64,000 bases of DNA, from the IMG/VR virus record IMGVR_UViG_3300025012_000054, positions 1-64,000 of that record; one strand, given 5' to 3'. Of this stretch, positions 60,001 through 64,000 are shown in pieces; within the stretch, counting starts at the first letter, position 1; each line of letters begins with the position of its first letter. Below the pieces are notes generated by a model. It saw only the letters and a program-made list of their open reading frames with translations, did not search any database and had not been told where the DNA came from. The translations under genes were made by a program, and so were the position numbers. The DNA is from a virus.

Positions 60001-62468
60001 ATATTAGAATTATTAACAGAAGAAAACTTAAAAAATATTAAATCACAGATAAGTACTCCCAAACTACAAGCATGGAGAATTTATGAATATATCAAATCTA
60101 ACATACCTGAAATTATATAATAAAATCACACTTTCATGGAGTAAAATATGACAATTGTTATCTGGATTGCATTAGGAATTCTTGGATGGGTTTTATTAGG
60201 CGCTATGATTTTATCATTTATTGATCATAAAGGCGAACTAGCCATCTGGAAAATGCAAGCACCGTCCTTATTGGTTTTTATTGCTAATTTGTTGTGGCCG
60301 ATTGTGGCGCTATTATATCTGACTAAAAAGGATAAATAATGTATAATTACCTCGCGGATATTATCGACAAATTAGGTGAACCAATTTGGTGGGATTCCGA
60401 AGCAGCTATTCCTAGGTATTGCCAATTCCATCCAGACGAGTTAAATAATATTTATGCCAAGGAAGCCGCATTAATATTAATTGAATGTCAGAATTGTGGG
60501 CATCGATTTAAAATATCAGAAGATTGGGAAATAATGGATGCCGTCCGTAATCGCAAACGCTTATCCGAAAGCATTAAGGAGGGATATACGTTGGGGTACG
60601 CAGATCCACCAAATATTAGATGCTGTGGTTCGGGGCCGACAATGACTTCCAACGTATTAAAAATCTTGGAATTTTGGAAATACGGTGAAGAAACAGGATA
60701 TTATTGGGCAAGATGCCCAGAATTAGAAATAATATTTGAACCATAAAATAAATGTTTCATGAGGTAAATATGGAAAATATAATTATTAGGGGATTCAAAC
60801 AATGTTTGCATTGTGGCGACTATGCTCCATATTCTGATTTTACCCTTGACGACAGAGAATGCGACTGGTGTGTTCGAGAACAGGAAGAAGACGATGAAAG
60901 AAACTATGAACGGCAAGAGTCAATACGAATTGGTGAAACGATTTTATAATAAAAGGATTTTTTTATTACAAAAGGAGATTGTTTATGGTTAAAAGAATGT
61001 TATCATTTTTATGGGGGCTCATGGTTGGTATTTCTATCCTTCAAACCATTCATTATCCAGTCGCCGTATCAGAGGATGGGGCTAACATTGTTGATGGTTG
61101 GAGCTTTTTTTGCTATTCAGTTATTATAGTTTCTTTTGTAACAATATTTATGTTTGCTTTGAAGCATATAGTTGAACATTGGGACGACAAATAAAATGAA
61201 TATTTTATAAGGATAATAAATGAAAAAAATTATATTGATAGTTGCTATATTGTGCGCATTGCTTTGTTCTTGTTCTAAGAATCCACCAGATTTTTGTTAT
61301 GGAGATTCGTTGGGAAAAATTGTTTCATTAGATATGAAGATGGGAGCATTCAATTCTTCAGATTATCTTATCATAAATCTAGATAGTGGTGATCAATATG
61401 TTCTTCCATCCGCTGGAAGAATTCATAGTACAAATGAGTTTTTATTTTATGATAAGGATTGCTCACCACATTATTATATATCAACAGATAGAGAACGATA
61501 AAATAGGTATTTCATAAGGAGATAATATGAGTCAAAGATATGAGGATTCGCTTGATAACCTCGATATAAAAACTGATTTAGAAATGCTACCCCATAGAGG
61601 TCAATTGCCGAAATTAGGTGAACTACCTGAAGGTCATTATTTTGTTTATTGGCGTAATCATACAGATGAATATTACGAAAGTATTGAAACCAAGAGTCGG
61701 GACACAATCAAAAAAGCAGTTGGTGTTTGGAATAAAACCATAAAGAAACTAAATAAAACACTCGTTTCATAAGGAGAACGATATTGATAGGATCAATTCT
61801 TAGTTACGACGACATCTCATTTTTATACGATGAATATTTGAAAACAGAAGATATAAATTTATTCGTCAAAAATACAGATGGCAAATTTAGAGTAAACCGA
61901 TCTGAATTGGAAATGATATGGCAAGCCTTCGATAAGGTTAGCGAATATCATCCGAGAAAGCAGTGGTGGAGCGACTCATGGTAAAATTTTATCACGAACT
62001 CACAATAGGTGAAAGATTCGATATTTATAATATGCGAGTGTCTTGGGACAGGACGGCTAAAAAACATCCACAACCTCCGTGGTGTGGGCACGAGAACGCC
62101 GTTGACGGATTACTGGGATGCGACGATCTGGTGATTCTGGGAACTGTAAAATCAGAAGCAGATTGTGAAAATTGTCCACTTCATAAAGGAGAGAAATTAT
62201 GATTACGCCAAAAGAGGCATATGATCAATCAACTGTGTCGAAAAAAGAAGTGATGGATAGATTTGAAATCGAAAATCCTGAAATTATAGAGAAAATTGAA
62301 ATAGCCATTGACGAAGGCATAAACAGCGGTAAGATCTATACCTATTTTGATTCTATAGGCTATAGTTCGGACAAAGTTAAAGAAATTACCGATTATCTTC
62401 ACTTTCTTGGCTATGATGCAGAGCATAATTTGCAGAGAGAATCTATTTGGATAAATTGGTCACAATAA
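54003..62468 (+). CDS. Run of about 25 short hypothetical proteins in dyad-delimited units
   Basis: Co-oriented ORFs with SD motifs. Several are Cys-rich or membrane/lipoprotein-like (61220-61501 has a signal peptide with LCSC lipobox-like motif). Confidence 0.65.
55811..56260 (+). CDS. GNAT family acetyltransferase
   Basis: FYINKEFRHSGYA (motif A) and LYKFYEHFGF (motif B). Confidence 0.75.
   Translation: MNKGYLADQKTMDIWNNILDYKKDMGDVSIQYRRTWNSFCQNLIHNGKRVGCIYIFGLQVNPLDNRFHGYVARFYINKEFRHSGYALQMMHDIIAHFGFCVLHMTSVSPNRIDGLADDNREEYRNRLYKFYEHFGFKRTSTTATGMIRQ
56492..56520 (+). promoter_or_regulatory. sigma70-type promoter
   Basis: TTGACA (56492-56497), 17 bp ending TGTGG, TATAGT (56515-56520). 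Confidence 0.85.
59320..60120 (+). CDS. N6-adenine DNA methyltransferase
   Basis: LDQYYT, IEPSAGNG.F, AYDIDP, QDFL, IGNPPFG, AFILP. Confidence 0.85.
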   Translation: MNKNSNKLNLDQYYTSEETASYCLSVARKVLKNEKISEVIEPSAGNGVFSKKIKNCIAYDIDPKDESILQQDFLQLNMPYKTGRLFIGNPPFGTRNTLSVKFFKKCIQLGDYVAFILPISQLNNTQQMYEFDLIHSEDLGDKFYTDRNLHCCFNIYKKPGNGNNQKKKYQFKDFKVTEYRRGGSYKKPENYDIGFCAWGHLGKKIDFVGQYAQELYVIVYNDKFKSKILELLTEENLKNIKSQISTPKLQAWRIYEYIKSNIPEII

Positions 62469-62493
62469 AATTTACATTTCATAAGGACATATA

Positions 62494-63327
62494 ATGGCAG
62501 ATATTAAAGCAGAATGTATTCTAAAGACAGCGCCACAGAAGGAATTAGATCAATGCGCTCTAATTACTTGTAAAATTACTGTGCCTTTGTACATTTGGAC
62601 AGAAATTTTGACTTCGAAACGATTTGCTCGTAATGCCAGTAGTAACCGCGCCATGACGGTAGAAAAGAATATCGACAGTCTTGGTTACTATATGCCGGAG
62701 ATGTTTTTCAATCAGGGTGAGGGAATGTCCAGCGGATTTCCAACCGATATGGAAACCCAAGAAGAAGCCGAAAAGATATGGCAATCGGCCTGGCGATATT
62801 GTAGCAAAAAAGCTAAGGCGTTAGCCGATTTAGGTATTGCTAAAGAACAAAGTAGCAGGGTTCTTCCTACTTTCAAGATGATGAGGGGCTTGGTTACTGG
62901 TACGGCAGATGCATGGCAACGATTTTACGACCTCAGATCTTCTCCTTTAGCCGATGCTGCTATGCAGGAATTTGCTCAAGCAGTAATGGGCGCTATTGAA
63001 AACGCTGAAACCAAGTATGGTGTTTTACACCTACCTTTCATTACCGCTGAAGAGTTAGACGCGGAAGTTTTCAGTGCGGAGGAAATTATCTCTGTAGGGG
63101 CTGGCAGAATTGCTAGGATTTCTTATGGCGATGTTTCTACCAAAAAGAACGACATGGAGTTGGGGCAACGCCTGAAAGCCAACGGGCACCTCAGTTGTTT
63201 CGAGCACAGCGCCGGATGGATTGAATTCCCATGGTCAAATGCATTATGCAGTAAGCCTGAAGACATGGATAATAATTGGGGATGGGAAAACGCCAGAGCT
63301 AGTTTTGAAAGGGAAGACAGTAAATGA
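62494..63327 (+). CDS. thyX: FAD-dependent thymidylate synthase (ThyX), phage type
   Basis: P.YIWTEILTSKRFARNASSNRA (variant of the ThyX motif), KEQ.SRVLP, W..F..LR....A, ARISY, H.S.FEH. Confidence 0.78.
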   Translation: MADIKAECILKTAPQKELDQCALITCKITVPLYIWTEILTSKRFARNASSNRAMTVEKNIDSLGYYMPEMFFNQGEGMSSGFPTDMETQEEAEKIWQSAWRYCSKKAKALADLGIAKEQSSRVLPTFKMMRGLVTGTADAWQRFYDLRSSPLADAAMQEFAQAVMGAIENAETKYGVLHLPFITAEELDAEVFSAEEIISVGAGRIARISYGDVSTKKNDMELGQRLKANGHLSCFEHSAGWIEFPWSNALCSKPEDMDNNWGWENARASFEREDSK

Positions 63328-63863
63328 CCATACTCGCGCTCGATATAGATGACGTCTGCGCCAGCCTCATTCCAGCCTGGCTTGAAATATACAAACTTCG
63401 TAGCGCCCATGTGCTAAAGCGCGAAGACATCACGGATTGGAATATTTCGTTATTTGTCAAACCAGAATTCCGAGAAGAGATATATTCATATATCGAAATG
63501 CCCAATTTATACAATATGGTAAAACCAGTTGAAGGTGCTCTGGAAGGATATAACTACCTAAAATTGATGGGATATGATATTGTGTTTGTGACACACGCAA
63601 CACCCGGTAGCGCTGGTAGAAAATTTGAATGGCTAATAGATAATGGATTTGATGTCAACCATAGAAATTATATCGAATGTCAGAGGAAAGAGTTGATTAA
63701 TGTGGATATTTTAGTGGATGATAAATGGGAAAATGTTAGAGACACAACTGGGGTTGGCATTCTTTTTAATACTCCGTGGAATGCCAAATACGACTGGTCA
63801 CTACGAGCGTCTGATTGGAAGCAGGTTGTTACTATCATCGAAGGAAAAGCGGGGTTGGCGTGA
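63324..63863 (+). CDS. 5'(3')-deoxyribonucleotidase (HAD, NT5C family)
   Basis: ALDIDDV, PVEGALE, K.EWL, DILVDD, F..PWN. Confidence 0.85.
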   Translation: MTILALDIDDVCASLIPAWLEIYKLRSAHVLKREDITDWNISLFVKPEFREEIYSYIEMPNLYNMVKPVEGALEGYNYLKLMGYDIVFVTHATPGSAGRKFEWLIDNGFDVNHRNYIECQRKELINVDILVDDKWENVRDTTGVGILFNTPWNAKYDWSLRASDWKQVVTIIEGKAGLA

Positions 63864-64000
63864 TTATTATAATCGGTTGTTCTGCTTCGGGAAAAAGTAC
63901 AATAGAAAAAAAATTAACAGAAAAAGGTTATAATCGGATTATTAGTTATACGTCTCGTCCAATAAGAAAAAATGAAATAAATGATATTGATTATCATTTC
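63860..64000 (+). CDS. gmk: Guanylate kinase, 5' part (truncated by window end)
   Basis: GTG 63860 frame reads IIIIGCSASGKSTIEKKL...IISYTSRPIRKNEINDIDYHF: P-loop plus the TTR..R..E.DG.DYHF guanylate kinase signature. Confidence 0.85.
   Translation, partial: MIIIIGCSASGKSTIEKKLTEKGYNRIISYTSRPIRKNEINDIDYHF

Larger units (their letters stand above)
53115..62482. repeat. Dispersed 18-bp intergenic dyad ATRAAA-N6-TTTYAT, block 3
   Basis: Exact copies start at 53115, 53974, 54199, 54741, 55299, 57156, 58046, 58300, 59292, 60120, 60743, 60949, 61191, 61498, 61753, 62465. Variants at 54532, 56257 (TTCTAT), 55541, 56474 (N5). Confidence 0.93.

Noticed and set aside
346-62482. Dyads as intrinsic terminators or classical integron attC sites
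   Set aside because: The AT-only 6-bp arms have frequent A-C mismatches and no GC stem/U-tract. There are no RYYYAAC/GTTRRRY boxes or 57-141 bp attC hairpins.
956-63514. Minus-strand and nested alternative-frame ORFs in the six-frame track
   Set aside because: They overlap well-supported + strand genes, lack SD motifs and show no recognisable domains; treated as shadow ORFs.
1-64000. Stop-codon reassignment (alternative genetic code)
   Set aside because: Long conserved genes (dnaE, primase-helicase, rtcB, cca) are intact in the standard code, and TAA, TGA and TAG all end genes.

Overview
64 kb of an AT-rich (roughly one-third GC by eye) large dsDNA bacteriophage or prophage. Essentially all credible genes are on the + strand; no virion structural genes were recognised. 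Layout: (i) 1-10.4 kb, 31.4-45.5 kb and 53.1-62.5 kb are accessory regions of short ORFs. Most gene junctions there carry an 18-bp dyad, ATRAAA-N6-TTTYAT (about 60 exact copies counted by eye plus about a dozen variants), and a tyrosine recombinase lies at 32.2-33.1 kb. (ii) 10.5-12.7 kb holds a nucleotidyltransferase and a CCA-adding enzyme. (iii) 13.1-30.9 kb is a large glycan cluster (RfbC/F/G/H-like, RmlD-like, GT2/4/11/17/25-like, methyltransferases, radical SAM). Inserted in it is a compact module: a lone Cas7/RAMP-like gene, three non-coding arrays of 16-17 pentamers (GGY-like triplet + variable NN, each behind a TTGAGGTT leader) and a small HNH gene. This is the best candidate for a non-CRISPR RNA-guided system. 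(iv) 41.9-43.9 kb is an RNA operon: promoter, structured leader, tRNA(CAT) without encoded CCA, a four-way-junction RNA, and a hammerhead ribozyme inside a 25-bp stem directly upstream of the RNA ligase rtcB. (v) 45.5-52.9 kb is the replication core (Sak4-like ATPase, SSB, primase-helicase, Cas4-like nuclease, DnaE). (vi) The window ends with thyX, a deoxyribonucleotidase and a truncated guanylate kinase. Five solitary DNA methyltransferases and eight near-consensus sigma70 promoters are also present. All calls are from motif recognition by eye; no searches or folding programs were run.
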